From: Candidatus Poribacteria bacterium
Lineage (GTDB): Bacteria; Poribacteria; WGA-4E; PCPOR2b
NCBI GenBank assembly: GCA_965218095.1
Contig: OZ244587.1
Span: 672,001 to 736,000 of the forward strand
Reading direction: 5' to 3'
Length of the DNA: 64,000 nt
The translations under genes were made by a program, and so were the position numbers. Numbering within the stretch: the first letter of the stretch is position 1; each line of letters begins with the position of its first letter. The notes beneath the pieces were generated by a model. It ran no database searches, was not told the DNA's origin, and saw only the letters and a list, made by a program, of their open reading frames with translations. Positions 40,248 to 51,674 of this stretch are shown in pieces.

Positions 40248-42395
40248 TCATTTCTCTATTCCCATTCCAGGGAGTGCGCTCAAAAATTCCATCAACCACG
40301 GATCAGCAAAGTCTGCTGCAATCCGATTTGCGATTTGATCTTTTGAGATGGGAAACTGAAAAGACTTTCCCCGACGGAAACTCTCACCATATCTTTCCCA
40401 TGCCTCCTCAACAGGAACAACCTCAGGGATATTCACTGTTTGGAGCGATTCACACCCTGTCCGCCATGCGGCGGCAAAACCGTCTTTGATGAGGGTGGTC
40501 TCAACCGGAATCCAGGCATATCCGTTTATGGCCTGGTAGTAATCACTAGGCAAGCCCATCTCTTGTGCCTGATCGAGGGAAACCTGCCCGAGATCCAACG
40601 CCATTAATACATGGCCCGGCAGTTGGATGAGAGCAGTTCGAATACCAACTGACTCCAGCAGAGAGCAGTAAAGGGCTGTGCTGTCATCGCAATCACCGAA
40701 GGCGTATACATCGTCGTTCCCTGAGATTTGCCCCGTGAGGCGTTCTAACATTTCATGCGGATACTTAATCTCGTCGATGGTCCCACTTGCCCCCGGTATA
40801 TTCGGATCTGTTGCATAAGATATGCCATGTAAGGCGTTAAAAAGGAGCATGGCCTTATATAAGTTGGGCACCATCTCAGTTGTCTCGATCTCTGTCTTAA
40901 ATTCTGTGAGAACGCCATCCCTAAAAGCGTGGATTGCCGGATCTTCTGAGGAAATAAAGGAACCGAGTTTTGCAACAGAATCTAGCAGTGTCGTGTGGTT
41001 ACCGTGTAGCTTCAGGGTTGTCGTGGCGATTCGGTACGCCGTTCCGCCGCTCTCAATGACACGCACCCGTGCTTCGACGCGCTGGGCTTGGGCTAATTCC
41101 AATGCGCTGCGTGACAGAACGAGCTGACGCATCGGCACGGAAATTCGCTTGAACGGCTCCAGTACAATGTCAGACGCAACTTCTGTGCCTCCTTCGCCGA
41201 CGAATTGATCTATGAAAAGCTCAACTCGGACGGTTACGGGTTCATTGCGCTCGTTTTTGAGCCAGATCCTGCCGATTGAATCCTCCGATGTCAACGGGTA
41301 ATAACGCTCGAGATCGGCACGAGTAAATACCGGCGGCGTAACAGGTTCATCTAAGACGTGCTGTTCTGCTTCCGGATTTGGTGCAGCGTAGTAGTTGTAA
41401 TGGACGGGGTAGAGATTTCTCACACGAACCTGCTCAATGCGCACCGGCAACTTCCGAAAATCGAAGTTGAGCGAAAGCCCAACATAGGCCGTTGGCGGCA
41501 ACGTCGGGGGAATCAGATAGGCGACGTTAAAGTCCATCCATTTATACCTTACACTTCCACCCAGCGAATAGGTCGGTGGCTCAGACGTATGCAAATCTTT
41601 CTGGAATCCAGCACGGATTGCAAAATTTCGATTCGGCAAAAATTCTGCGCCGAGCTGCAACCGATCCGTCAGGTCTGCAGCAATAAGCCAACCGGAGACG
41701 GGCCGATAAGCGATACCGAACTTGTACGCCGTCGGAAAGACCTTTTCGCTAACATCTGAGTCGTGGCGTATCCATGTGCCGGCACTCAATCCAACGCCGG
41801 AGCCAAAACCGATGAAATCTTGCGCGAGAAATCCGATTGTCCAGCGGTGCTCTGGTTGGAAGATGACGCCAACATCCGCCCCCCAGCCTGTTGCTCCCCC
41901 TTTAGATCGCCCGTCCAGTGAAATCGACCATGTCAAATATTTCAGGTTTGCTCCAAGGGACAGTCGGGGCAATGGGGAGTAACTATAAGCGAAGTTGAAA
42001 CTGTTACGATTCGCGTCAAGTTCTTCGTCATCAATTCCGACTTGCAGCCAGTCAATACCCAGCGCCATTTTCTCCGATGCCGGCAAAACGGCGCTGAGAT
42101 AGCTCGTTTCTAACGCATCAAACAACTGCGATGGCGTCTGCTCGAACCCAACGGCATACCTGTCCAAACGGGTAAGTCCAGCGGGATTCCGACGAACGGC
42201 ATTTTCATCGTCCACGACGCCGATGAATGCTTCCCCGATGCCAATCGCGCGGACCCCCGTTGATGCCCGCTCTTCGATGGCGAATATTGGGATCGCAACG
42301 GATAACATGAAAAATATTGAAAGACAGTACCGCATTCCGAATCTCATGCGACGTGCACTCAGTTTTATCAAGGCTGTTTCGGTCATCCATATCAT
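40248..42395 (-). CDS. PorV/FadL-like beta-barrel fused to a transglutaminase-like domain
   Basis: GVRAIGIGEAF.GV.DDE.A...NPAGL N-terminus, amphipathic strands and C-terminal GDCDD...LLES.GI...PGHV. Confidence 0.7.
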   Translation of the reverse strand: MIWMTETALIKLSARRMRFGMRYCLSIFFMLSVAIPIFAIEERASTGVRAIGIGEAFIGVVDDENAVRRNPAGLTRLDRYAVGFEQTPSQLFDALETSYLSAVLPASEKMALGIDWLQVGIDDEELDANRNSFNFAYSYSPLPRLSLGANLKYLTWSISLDGRSKGGATGWGADVGVIFQPEHRWTIGFLAQDFIGFGSGVGLSAGTWIRHDSDVSEKVFPTAYKFGIAYRPVSGWLIAADLTDRLQLGAEFLPNRNFAIRAGFQKDLHTSEPPTYSLGGSVRYKWMDFNVAYLIPPTLPPTAYVGLSLNFDFRKLPVRIEQVRVRNLYPVHYNYYAAPNPEAEQHVLDEPVTPPVFTRADLERYYPLTSEDSIGRIWLKNERNEPVTVRVELFIDQFVGEGGTEVASDIVLEPFKRISVPMRQLVLSRSALELAQAQRVEARVRVIESGGTAYRIATTTLKLHGNHTTLLDSVAKLGSFISSEDPAIHAFRDGVLTEFKTEIETTEMVPNLYKAMLLFNALHGISYATDPNIPGASGTIDEIKYPHEMLERLTGQISGNDDVYAFGDCDDSTALYCSLLESVGIRTALIQLPGHVLMALDLGQVSLDQAQEMGLPSDYYQAINGYAWIPVETTLIKDGFAAAWRTGCESLQTVNIPEVVPVEEAWERYGESFRRGKSFQFPISKDQIANRIAADFADPWLMEFLSALPGMGIEK

Positions 42396-42506
42396 TGAGA
42401 CTTGAGGCGCTTTAATGGGTAACGAAATGCAGATTCCAAAATCTGTGACAATAGAAATTCCCCACGCTCCCGTTGGCAGGAAATTTGGACTGTGACAAGC
42501 GATGTT

Positions 42507-42535
42507 TTGACAGCAGGCAATTTTGATTGTATAAT
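42507..42535 (+). promoter_or_regulatory. Perfect-consensus sigma70 promoter with no clear downstream gene
   Basis: TTGACA-17 nt-TATAAT. Confidence 0.65.
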
Positions 42536-42693
42536 TTTACCATTAAAAATTCACAAAGGAGACAAATAAGATAGTAAAGCCACAGTTCATGTGCGAAATG
42601 GTAAGCGGCACTTCGTAATTTCTAACCGCCTTCGCCGTTTGTCTCGTCTTCCAGAATCCCGTTCCTCACGTTTTACGTTTCACGCTTTATTCC

Positions 42694-45600
42694 TTAATTA
42701 TTCTGCACCACAACGACTTTCGTCCCCAATGCTCCCTCCCCTTCAACGGTGACGAAGTAAAAATTGCTGACAACCCGCCGATTCTCATCATCACGCCCGT
42801 CCCACTCGAAGACATGTCCTCCGACTGACAAGGGTTCTGATTCTTTTAGTAACCGTCGCAATCGTCCGGCTTCATTATAGATTTTAATCGTTATGTCGTC
42901 AGGACGATTTAATCGAAACGAGATCCGCGTTGAGCCCCGGCTGGGCGAAAACACGCGTGGCTGGCATGTCAGATCGGAGATGATTGTGTTCCCTTCTGCT
43001 TTTACAGCAGGCCTTGTTGTGATGGCGTACCGTCCAAGCATCGAAACCACCGTTGAGATTGTTCTGCGCTGTGTATCGATTGTCCCACCAATAGGAAGCC
43101 ATGTTTTGCCATTCCAGCGAGCGATTGTCAAGGTTTCTTTCGCTTTGGAGCGCGAAAACACTGTTGCCGTATCTTCGACGGAGAATTCGATTGTTGCCGG
43201 CTTTAGCCGGTGTAGCTGCAAGTCTTCCGGTGCAAAATCATAAACGTGAAACGTAAACTCCCCATGGGTGCGGACAGAGCCTGCTCTCGCGTAGCGGACT
43301 CCACTTCGTTGTGAAACGTGATTTGCTGCCCCCTCTGGTACTGGATTAACTGTGACGATCGTTGTCTCTAGCAGACTGTTGGGCGGGAACACAATTTTTG
43401 CACGACCGTCTTGGCTTTCTGCCATGCCCGCCCTTTCATGTGCGACCCTTTGACTGAAAAACACAATGACTCGAGCGACACTTTCATGCCCAACCTTATC
43501 TTTGACACGCAACCGCAATGTGTATAGCCTAGATAAGTTGGGTGCATCCCATAACGCCAATGTATCGTGGGTGACAGGGCTCGAAAACGCTGGCGGTTTG
43601 GAGATGGGTAGCCAGCCATCAGGAGATTCTCCGGAACCGTATTCAATGGTATATTCCTTGAAATTTCGGTCATTTGCTGTGCCGTGGATCTCAATTCTCT
43701 GCGGCAATTGTTGGTTCTCAGTCGGGGAAAGGATTTCGGCTTGCGGCAGGAGCCCATCAACAGGCACCGTAATCCTCGCCTCCACGGGACCTGCTCCCGA
43801 TTGGTCTTGAGCAATTAAGCGAATCTCATACTCGCCATCTATTTTTGGCGGCTCCCATGTTCCCAACACGCCCTCCCGTTTCGGTGCGGTAAACGTACCA
43901 ATCTCTTGCCATTCGCCTCCTGCCATGGATCTGACTTCTAAGCGATACCACGCGAGGTGTGCATCGTCCGCTGTGCCGCGAATCTCAACCGCTTCCGATA
44001 CAAATTGGCCGTCGATGGGCTGGGAAATCCGAACTTCGGGTATATTGGCATCAATCTCGACCTGCACTGAATCGTCGGCTTGATTTCCCGCCCCATCCTG
44101 AACGTCGAGCCGGAGTTCATACGTTCCTGAAATCTGGGGCGGATTCCAAATCGCCAGTGTCGCACCCCGTTTCGCCGCAATGGGCGATGGTGTAGGAATC
44201 TGCTCCGGCTCGTCGCCGGTAAGGGCACGAAACGTCAGTTGATACGCCTCGAAATGTGTATCATCTGCTGTACCAATCACCTCAATGCTTCCTGCTCCCA
44301 AAACCGCTCCATCCTTTGGGAATTCTATGACGGTTTCAGGCGGCGTGTTATCCAGGGTGACGATTTTCTCGTCCGTTGAAGGGTGTCCATAACTATCAGT
44401 TGCCTTCAGGCGTAACACGTATTCACCGTCAGGCAGTCCAGATTCATTTGTATTCCAACGCGCAATCTCCTCTTCAGTGAAACGGGACTGTCCGCGTCGG
44501 ATGATTCCTCCCGTCGACGGCTCAGAATTCGGTGGACGAGGGCGATAGTCCAAACTGAAATTTTCAATAATTGCGTCCTGAGCGGTCCCCACATCAACCG
44601 TACCGATGATAATGACCTCTCCCTTGATCGGCTGTGTGCCGTCCGGTTGCAAGATCGCAACAAACGGCTTTGCCGATTCATTTTTCAGGTTGACACTGAT
44701 AAGGGCTGACTCGCCACGATTGCCCGCAGTATCACTGACGCTCGCCCGGAGCAGTATCATACCATAGAACCTTGAAGTATTCCAGTTTATTGTGCGGTGG
44801 ACCTCTGTGTGCCCTTCCGTGACTGTTCCACGAGCGAGCTCGATCCAATCCAGATTGTTTCCGTTTTCTTCGGTGGACGCGCCCGTTTGTGGTGGGGACG
44901 TATATTCTAACACATAGTCACTTAGATGTGCATCGGCCAACTCGATTTCGATCTCGGCTTCGCCTGAAATTGAGGCGTTATCCTCTGGTTGCTTTATTTT
45001 CACCCGAGGGAGTGTGTTATCAACTTCAACGGTGACCGACTCCGCGGCACGATGTTGCCGATCAAATTGACCATTCGGAGTATCCCGTACCACCAACCGA
45101 ATCGCGTATAAATCATCGGCGACAGTTTGTGTATTCCAACGATAAAGCGTATCTCCTTTGACCGGCACCGTCGAAACGAAAGGCGGCGGCGGTGTACCCG
45201 AAACTGAATCTCCGGGAAAGATACGGATCTGATAATCCAAGAAATCCGTTTCATCCGTCGCGGTTCCCTCGATTTCATAAACGCCGCCAATCACAGCCTC
45301 CGGTTTTGGGTTGGTAATACTCACGCTCGGCGCGAGGGAGTCAATCACAAATTCTGCACTCGCCCCCACCGCATCCACGTTGCCTTCCCTATCAGTGGCA
45401 TGGACTATAAAACGATGCTGTCCTTCTACAAGGCTTGACAATAGCGCACGCTTATCAAGACCGCCATCGTCGGTGGGGGTCGGCGGTCCGTTGTCGAGTT
45501 GGTAGACATAGTGAAGTTCTCCTGTTGGCGTGCTGGCATCGCCGCCTTCAAACTTAAAGACGACGCTGGTGTCTCCGACAATTTCGCCATTTGTCGGTCC

Positions 45601-47700
45601 GTCGGTAATCCGTGTGCGAGGCGGAATCATCTCCGGATTAAAGCGGCTGACTCCGCCACTATCCTTACTGCCAAACCAGAGTCCCCCGTCCGCTTCGGTG
45701 ATTGCCGAGATGTTGTTACTGTTGAGCCCTTCGCTCGCAGTCAGTGTCCGCTCAAACCGACCGTTTTGGAATAGACTGACTCCATCAGCCGTTCCAATCC
45801 AGATCCGATTCCTTCCATCACGGTAAAGTGCCTGCACATGGTTATCCACCAATCCGTCAGTGGTTGTCAGTGAAGTGGTGAGACTTAACGTATCTTCGTC
45901 AAAAATCTGAATACCGGTATCTGTTCCGACCCAGGTCTCGCCGGTAGACGCTTCTAAAATGGTGTTAATCGAGAGTTGTTCAGGCAGGCTGTAGATTCGG
46001 TTCAAATTTAACCCGTCGTAAACCCACAGGTCGCTACCGCCTTCATCGTTCCCAACCGTTCCGAAGTACATCCGCCCCAGCGAGTCTGTGAACATAACGA
46101 CGATTGTCCGACCAATCTCCGGAAATAGATTCCTTTCCCATTGTATCCCGTCATAACGGTCTAAACCGGGGAGGTCATCTGTCGGCAAAAAACCCGTTCC
46201 GGTCCAAACATCGCCAACTGAATCGACGACGATCGATTGAACGCTATTGACGTTAATATCTGGAAGCCGAAAAATTTCCCATGAAACCCCATCGAAAACG
46301 CCAAGGCCGGCGTTAGTTCCAACCCAGATTCGCCCCCGAAAATCTTCGGCTAACGCGCGAATCTCATTTCCCGGAGGCCCACTGACCAACTCAACCCCAT
46401 TCATCGTATAGCGGCTCAATCCATTGCGCGTCCCAACCCAAAGCTCGCCCCGCCGGTCTGTCAACATCGCTGTCACACTGTCGTCGCTCAATCCGTTATC
46501 TGTAGTGATCGACTTCCATGACCGATCTGAAAAATTGACCCCATTATCGCGGGTCCCGACCCAGATCTCGCCGGTTCGTGTTTCAAACAGCGTCTGGATA
46601 TTGTTGCTTGCTAAACTATTTGCTCTTGTCAGATGACGCCAATGCCCGAAATCGCGGAGCACCGCAGGAGAGAATTGTGACGGCGTGCGAAATTGGCTAA
46701 CGCCGGCAGTTGTCCCGATCCAGATCGTTGCCTCCCTATCGCTCATTATGGATTGCACATTGTTTCCGATTAAGAGCCCATTCTGCGCCGTTACAACATG
46801 CCAGGTCAAACCGTCGTAAACCGCCGCGCCCCCCGTTGTGCCGACCCAGAGATTGCCGATGTGGTCTTCCAAAATTGCCTGCACGTCACCATTCGGTAAG
46901 CCATCGTTCACGCTAAAAATTTCCCACCCCACGCCATCGAAACGGCTGACAAGGTTCCCACTTTGGAGACGGTTGCTCCGTGAAAGTCCAAACCAGAGGT
47001 CCCCAACCTCATCCTCATAGATGACCTGTACGCCTTGATCGAGTTGTCCAACTGCCGCGTCATTGACAGGACACCAAATTTCGCCGTCAAACCAGTTGAC
47101 GCCAAGCGGCGTCCCGATCCAGATTTCACCATTTTGGCGCTGGATCATCGTCACAACACGCGCTCCGATACCGATCAATCCCCTTTCACCCGTATCGTGT
47201 TGCAGCCAGTCAATCTGTTGCCGTGAATCGTTCCATACACCTCGATAGACCCCCGCGTTTGTCGCAACCCAGATAAAGCCCGCAACGCCTTCAAAAACCT
47301 CGAAAACATCATTGTCTTGGGGGCCCCCGTCCGACATGCCGGCCTCGTGCCAGAAACCGTCCAAACGGCTCAAACCCTTGTCTGTCCCCAACCAGATTTG
47401 CCCGAATCGATCTTCAGTGATGGTTCTAACGTTGTTGCTGCTCAGACCATCGCCGATTCGCGTGAAATTTCGCCATTGGAAGTTTTGCTGGGCAAATGTG
47501 ACGCCGGGCGTCAGGAAGGAAAGAATAAGGAAAAGCGTGAAAGGTGACAGGTGAAACGTGAAGCGTAAAGTGTATTGGGAAAATAAGAGGAGGCGGAAAT
47601 GAGGAAATCGGGAGATGAAAAAATAGAGAAATGCGCTCATTGTGTAGATGTCCAAATTAACGACGCTGATCGCTTTGTTAGCATTTGGAGTTTTGGTCAA
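42694..47700 (-). CDS. Large secreted protein: two-component-regulator-type beta-propeller repeats, Ig-like repeats, C-terminal FlgD-like domain
   Basis: Many GLxxNxVxxxxEDxxGxIWxGT repeats, VDNTxP/DxAGN Ig-like repeats and C-terminal FSP...IYNEAGRLRR...WDGRD. Start position uncertain. Confidence 0.85.
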   Translation of the reverse strand: MTKTPNANKAISVVNLDIYTMSAFLYFFISRFPHFRLLLFSQYTLRFTFHLSPFTLFLILSFLTPGVTFAQQNFQWRNFTRIGDGLSSNNVRTITEDRFGQIWLGTDKGLSRLDGFWHEAGMSDGGPQDNDVFEVFEGVAGFIWVATNAGVYRGVWNDSRQQIDWLQHDTGERGLIGIGARVVTMIQRQNGEIWIGTPLGVNWFDGEIWCPVNDAAVGQLDQGVQVIYEDEVGDLWFGLSRSNRLQSGNLVSRFDGVGWEIFSVNDGLPNGDVQAILEDHIGNLWVGTTGGAAVYDGLTWHVVTAQNGLLIGNNVQSIMSDREATIWIGTTAGVSQFRTPSQFSPAVLRDFGHWRHLTRANSLASNNIQTLFETRTGEIWVGTRDNGVNFSDRSWKSITTDNGLSDDSVTAMLTDRRGELWVGTRNGLSRYTMNGVELVSGPPGNEIRALAEDFRGRIWVGTNAGLGVFDGVSWEIFRLPDINVNSVQSIVVDSVGDVWTGTGFLPTDDLPGLDRYDGIQWERNLFPEIGRTIVVMFTDSLGRMYFGTVGNDEGGSDLWVYDGLNLNRIYSLPEQLSINTILEASTGETWVGTDTGIQIFDEDTLSLTTSLTTTDGLVDNHVQALYRDGRNRIWIGTADGVSLFQNGRFERTLTASEGLNSNNISAITEADGGLWFGSKDSGGVSRFNPEMIPPRTRITDGPTNGEIVGDTSVVFKFEGGDASTPTGELHYVYQLDNGPPTPTDDGGLDKRALLSSLVEGQHRFIVHATDREGNVDAVGASAEFVIDSLAPSVSITNPKPEAVIGGVYEIEGTATDETDFLDYQIRIFPGDSVSGTPPPPFVSTVPVKGDTLYRWNTQTVADDLYAIRLVVRDTPNGQFDRQHRAAESVTVEVDNTLPRVKIKQPEDNASISGEAEIEIELADAHLSDYVLEYTSPPQTGASTEENGNNLDWIELARGTVTEGHTEVHRTINWNTSRFYGMILLRASVSDTAGNRGESALISVNLKNESAKPFVAILQPDGTQPIKGEVIIIGTVDVGTAQDAIIENFSLDYRPRPPNSEPSTGGIIRRGQSRFTEEEIARWNTNESGLPDGEYVLRLKATDSYGHPSTDEKIVTLDNTPPETVIEFPKDGAVLGAGSIEVIGTADDTHFEAYQLTFRALTGDEPEQIPTPSPIAAKRGATLAIWNPPQISGTYELRLDVQDGAGNQADDSVQVEIDANIPEVRISQPIDGQFVSEAVEIRGTADDAHLAWYRLEVRSMAGGEWQEIGTFTAPKREGVLGTWEPPKIDGEYEIRLIAQDQSGAGPVEARITVPVDGLLPQAEILSPTENQQLPQRIEIHGTANDRNFKEYTIEYGSGESPDGWLPISKPPAFSSPVTHDTLALWDAPNLSRLYTLRLRVKDKVGHESVARVIVFFSQRVAHERAGMAESQDGRAKIVFPPNSLLETTIVTVNPVPEGAANHVSQRSGVRYARAGSVRTHGEFTFHVYDFAPEDLQLHRLKPATIEFSVEDTATVFSRSKAKETLTIARWNGKTWLPIGGTIDTQRRTISTVVSMLGRYAITTRPAVKAEGNTIISDLTCQPRVFSPSRGSTRISFRLNRPDDITIKIYNEAGRLRRLLKESEPLSVGGHVFEWDGRDDENRRVVSNFYFVTVEGEGALGTKVVVVQNN

Positions 47701-47870
47701 CAGGCTCTTGAAGTGTGCATCCGAGAATCAGACAAATAGTTGGAAATGACAACCGTCGCTTCCTTACCCAGATATTGCTTTGCGAGAAATAGAGAGCGAG
47801 ACCTGTTTTTCATTGCGCCGCTACGCTCCTTCTATTTATAGTTTGTATCAAATGACCCCATGAGCTAAAC

Positions 47871-49869
47871 TATGGCGAACCCTATAAATAAGTAGACATT
47901 TTCTTATATTGCTGGTATCCTATAGTTATTATGAGGGGTGTGCATAAATATAGTTGACATAATCAAGCCAAAAGGGTTTCCTATTGTTATCATAGCAAAA
48001 GGAGCCCCAATATGGTACAAAGACCAATGTTGGCTGATTATGTCACTCTTATTATGCAACTCTTTGAGCAGTTTATGCAACACCGTATTGACAAACCAGG
48101 TGTCACACACGCAAAACCATTGACATATTCAACCACCTCGTTTATCATTTTCTTCATGTTGATGCAGTTTCACGGCATCTATGGCTTCAAAACGCAATGG
48201 CGGTGGCTAATCAATCACCCAGAAGTGTTACAAATGCTGGGGTGGCAACAGCCCCCTCATCGAACCACGATTGCACGTCGCTATAAGGCATTATATGAAG
48301 TGATAGAGGTATTTGTATTGTTTATCGGTCAGTATGCCACTGACTTGTCCCAACAATTCAACTTGGCTCATCTGGTAGCCGACAAAAGTTTATTTAAGGC
48401 ACGAGGACCCGTCTGGCATCAAACTGACCGCAAAGCAGGAAAAGTACCTAAACATCTACGCAACCTCGACACCGATGCCACGTGGAGCAAGAGTGGTTAT
48501 CATGGCTGGGTCTATGGCTACGGACTTCACATTATCTGCACACAAGGTGCGTTCCCAACACTGATAACTGTGCACCGTGCGTCGGTCTCCGAAAGTTGGG
48601 CGATAGATGCTAAAGCGTCTGAGATTCTGACACAACTTTCACCGCAGACACTCACTGCCGATGATGCCTATACCCAAGCAGACCGTATCCGTCGTTGGGC
48701 GAAGGCACAAGTCGCTTTGATTACCCCGGCACTTAGATGGACAAAGGGACGGTTTGCCAAGGCGTATCATCGATTTATCAACCAACCCAAGCAGCGTCTC
48801 TGTTTAAGCAAACGTCGCAGTTCGGTTGAACCGTTGTTTGACTTGATTGCTAAAGTGATAGGCGCCACTCCTCAACAGAAGCAGTTACCGGTCAAGGGGT
48901 TTTTCAATGTACGCTGTTGTTTAGCTATCGGGGTGTTATCAGTGCAAGTGGCTATGATTGCCAATGCCATATGGAAGTTACCTGCTCGCAATATCTCTCA
49001 TATGGCGGCTGTTTTCCAATGAACTACTATGCACACCCCTCAGTTATTATGGCCTATTCTTTAGATTTACGCAAACGCGTCTTAGATTTTATCGCAGCTG
49101 GCGGTGGCAAGACCGAAGCGAGCCGCCGTTTTTCCGTCGCCCGCTCAACGCTGTATAAGTGGTTGAATGCGCCTGACCCGCTCAAACGTCAGAAACCAGG
49201 GCCCCGTCGCCCGCGAACCCTTGACCCCGATGCGCTGAGAAAACATGTCGCTGATTTTCCAGACCAGACCTACGCCGAGCGCGCAGCTCATTTTGGTGTG
49301 TCAAAGTCTTGTATCGGGTATGGGCTGAAAAATATCGGTTGCACCCGAAAAAAAAGTCTCGGATATAAGGAGCAATGCGCTGAAAAACGACAAGCGTATC
49401 TTCAGCAACTCGCACAAGTGAAAGCCTCTGGTAAGTCTTTTGTTTATGTCGATGAGAGTGGGTTTCGAGACGAAAGTTATAGACGTTATGGGTATGCACC
49501 CAAAGGGGAAAAAGTCTTTGGACTTATCTCAAGCCAACGCACCCGGACAGCGACACTTATTGCGGCACGGGTGTTCAAAGGGAGCTGCAAAGCGGTAGAT
49601 TTCAATGACTGGTTAGCTGAACAGTTATGTCCACGTTTGACTTCAAAACAGGTTGTAATCCTTGATAATGCGCGGCTTCACAAAACACCTCGGACCCGAG
49701 AGTTGATAGAGGCTTCAGGAGCGAGTCTGATGTTCCTACCGCCTTATTCTCCAGATTACAATCCGATTGAACACGATTTTGCCAATATCAAGCGATACCG
49801 AGAATATCACCCCGAAACCACACTTCACGATATTATTCAAATGTACCATTAATTCTAAGATCTACCATA
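47871..49869 (+). mobile_element. IS630-family element copy 2 (transposase 49049-49852), interrupted by the 1109-bp IS
   Basis: Same ends and transposase as 15563-16443 (one visible V/A difference). TA at both ends. Confidence 0.92.
47933..49041 (+). mobile_element. Unclassified 1109-bp DDE insertion sequence copy 2 (transposase 48012-49022)
   Basis: Same IRs as copy 1, 9-bp TSD AGTTATTAT, one visible A/V difference from copy 1. Confidence 0.92.
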
Positions 49870-49917
49870 AAAGGAGATGGTATTGCCATCAACTACAATC
49901 CACTCATGGAGGTCAAT

Positions 49918-50718
49918 ATGAAACCACAAAGCAATACAGCCTACGGTATCAACCGTCTACAATCAAAGACCGCAAGGGCAGCCATCATTCAGAAGATTTC
50001 ATCAGACTTTAATCTAATGCCACTGATTGCCGAAGCCTACTATAAACAGATTGCTTCCTACTTTGCTCAACATGCCGAAATTGAACTCACGTCAGGCCAA
50101 ATCTGCTATGAGGCAGTCGCAGCCGATGAACCGGCAGGCAAACATATCGCGTTAGCGAAAAAAGTCTCATGTCAACTCACTCTCAATGATGTCCAAACTG
50201 ACCTTGAGATGTTAGCCGATTATGGGCTTTCTGGACTCAGACGCCATCGAATTCTCCGATTAACCAAACAAGCCTATGACCAAGATGCCCTGCTCAGCTA
50301 TGAAGATTTAGCGGTGCTATTAACCACCAGTCCAGCGACCGTCAAGCGCGACATTCGACAGTTGAAACAGGACGGTTACTTTGTTATGACTCGCGGTGCC
50401 AAACATGACATGGGGCCTGGCATCTCTCATAAGACTCAGATTCTGGAATTGTACTTCAAAGGGTATCAGTTCACTGAAATTGAGCAAAAGACTAATCATA
50501 CCCAACGAGCGGTCTGGCGATACTTGCGCGATTTCACACAGGTAGCAAGCCTCCATCATCAAGGCTTTCCAAAGGGACAGATACGGCTCATTACGCATCT
50601 ATCGGACCGACTAATTCGGGAGTATCTCTTGCTATATGATGAGTACCAACAAACACAACGAATGACTCAACTCCTTCACCCGGAACCGGTTGATGCGGAA
50701 AAGGGGAACCCCTCATGA
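49918..50718 (+). CDS. DUF1670-like HTH protein (ORF A, intact)
   Basis: GGAGG RBS. RILRLTKQAYDQDALLSYEDLAVLLTTSPATVKRDI...TRG..HDMGPGISHK..I...HT..AV.RY..DF. Confidence 0.75.
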   Translation: MKPQSNTAYGINRLQSKTARAAIIQKISSDFNLMPLIAEAYYKQIASYFAQHAEIELTSGQICYEAVAADEPAGKHIALAKKVSCQLTLNDVQTDLEMLADYGLSGLRRHRILRLTKQAYDQDALLSYEDLAVLLTTSPATVKRDIRQLKQDGYFVMTRGAKHDMGPGISHKTQILELYFKGYQFTEIEQKTNHTQRAVWRYLRDFTQVASLHHQGFPKGQIRLITHLSDRLIREYLLLYDEYQQTQRMTQLLHPEPVDAEKGNPS

Positions 50719-51607
50719 GTAAACCCTTGACTCGAACCGAAGTCAACGAGAAGAAATTCAGACGCCTCAATGATAAATCCCTGCAATAGCTACTAATTCA
50801 TCGCTTTATCAATTCTTACGGTTATGACAAAGGAGAAGTCACGGCGGCTGTCATTGTTGATGACATTGTCAAAACCATTGAAGGCTATTTCTTGATTGCC
50901 CTCCCCCTTGAGAAACTCGCCACAGGAGACCAAATCCCTAATCAGCGAATGCTCAGTTATGGGCAATTGGTCTGGATGGCTGTGCCGATTGATGAATACC
51001 CACAAAAAGGGAAGTCAATCGTCAAAACCGCTATGAAGCCGGTTGTTCTGACCTACCTCGCTTCTGAGGATATTGAATCCTTTCGCAACGGTTTTACTTC
51101 CCGGCAACTCAGAATCAATTGATTAGTCCGATGGTGTTATCAAGCCTATGACCAAGGCGCATTATTGACCCAACTCGACCTAGCTGTGTTGCTCAATATC
51201 TGTGATGCCATCGTCAGCGACTATGTCAATGAGTGGCAAAAAAATAGTGGAAAACTCTTGCCCACCCGGGGCAATATCCATGATTTATCGGGAGCGATTA
51301 CCCACAAGAAAGAGATTGTTACCCTCTATCTCCAAGGGCATCTGCTGCCAAAACCAGCCACTCTAAAGAAGCGGTTGACCGATACATTCGCGATTATGAG
51401 TCCGTTAAGACGGTTCGTGCCGCTACGGAGGATATTGACAAAATCTCTCAGATTACCCGGCTCTCCAAACGCGTCATCTCTCAATATCTTGACCTGATTC
51501 CTCAACATTCGCTTGATGACATGGACGCTAACTTAGCAACCGAATCAGAAAGCTGTAAAGATGCCAACACCCTGTTCCGTTCCGAACCTACAGGAGACCC
51601 CCAATGA
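50715..51607 (+). pseudogene. DUF1670-like protein (ORF B), disrupted
   Basis: ATGA overlap with ORF A. QAYDQGALLTQLDLAVLL...PTRGNIHDL...THK...HSKEAVDRYIRDY. TAG 50787, TGA 51120 and a frameshift near 51345. Confidence 0.75.
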
Positions 51608-51674
51608 TAAAATCGGACAAACGTTGCTTAGCGTTTTGCCCAACAAAACATCGTAATTTTACTTGAAGATTGGT

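Noticed and set aside
48917-49048. N-terminal extension of the IS630 transposase in the 311-aa ORF
   Set aside because: It is read-through from the end of the nested IS. Copy 1 shows the true start is MAYSLDLR at 49049.
17946-50789. In-frame TAG codons (17946, 25189, 29657, 50787) as evidence of amber recoding
   Set aside because: TAA and TGA interruptions and frameshifts occur as well, and intact genes end in TAG (4862, 6077, 55454, 63392). Decay is the simpler explanation.
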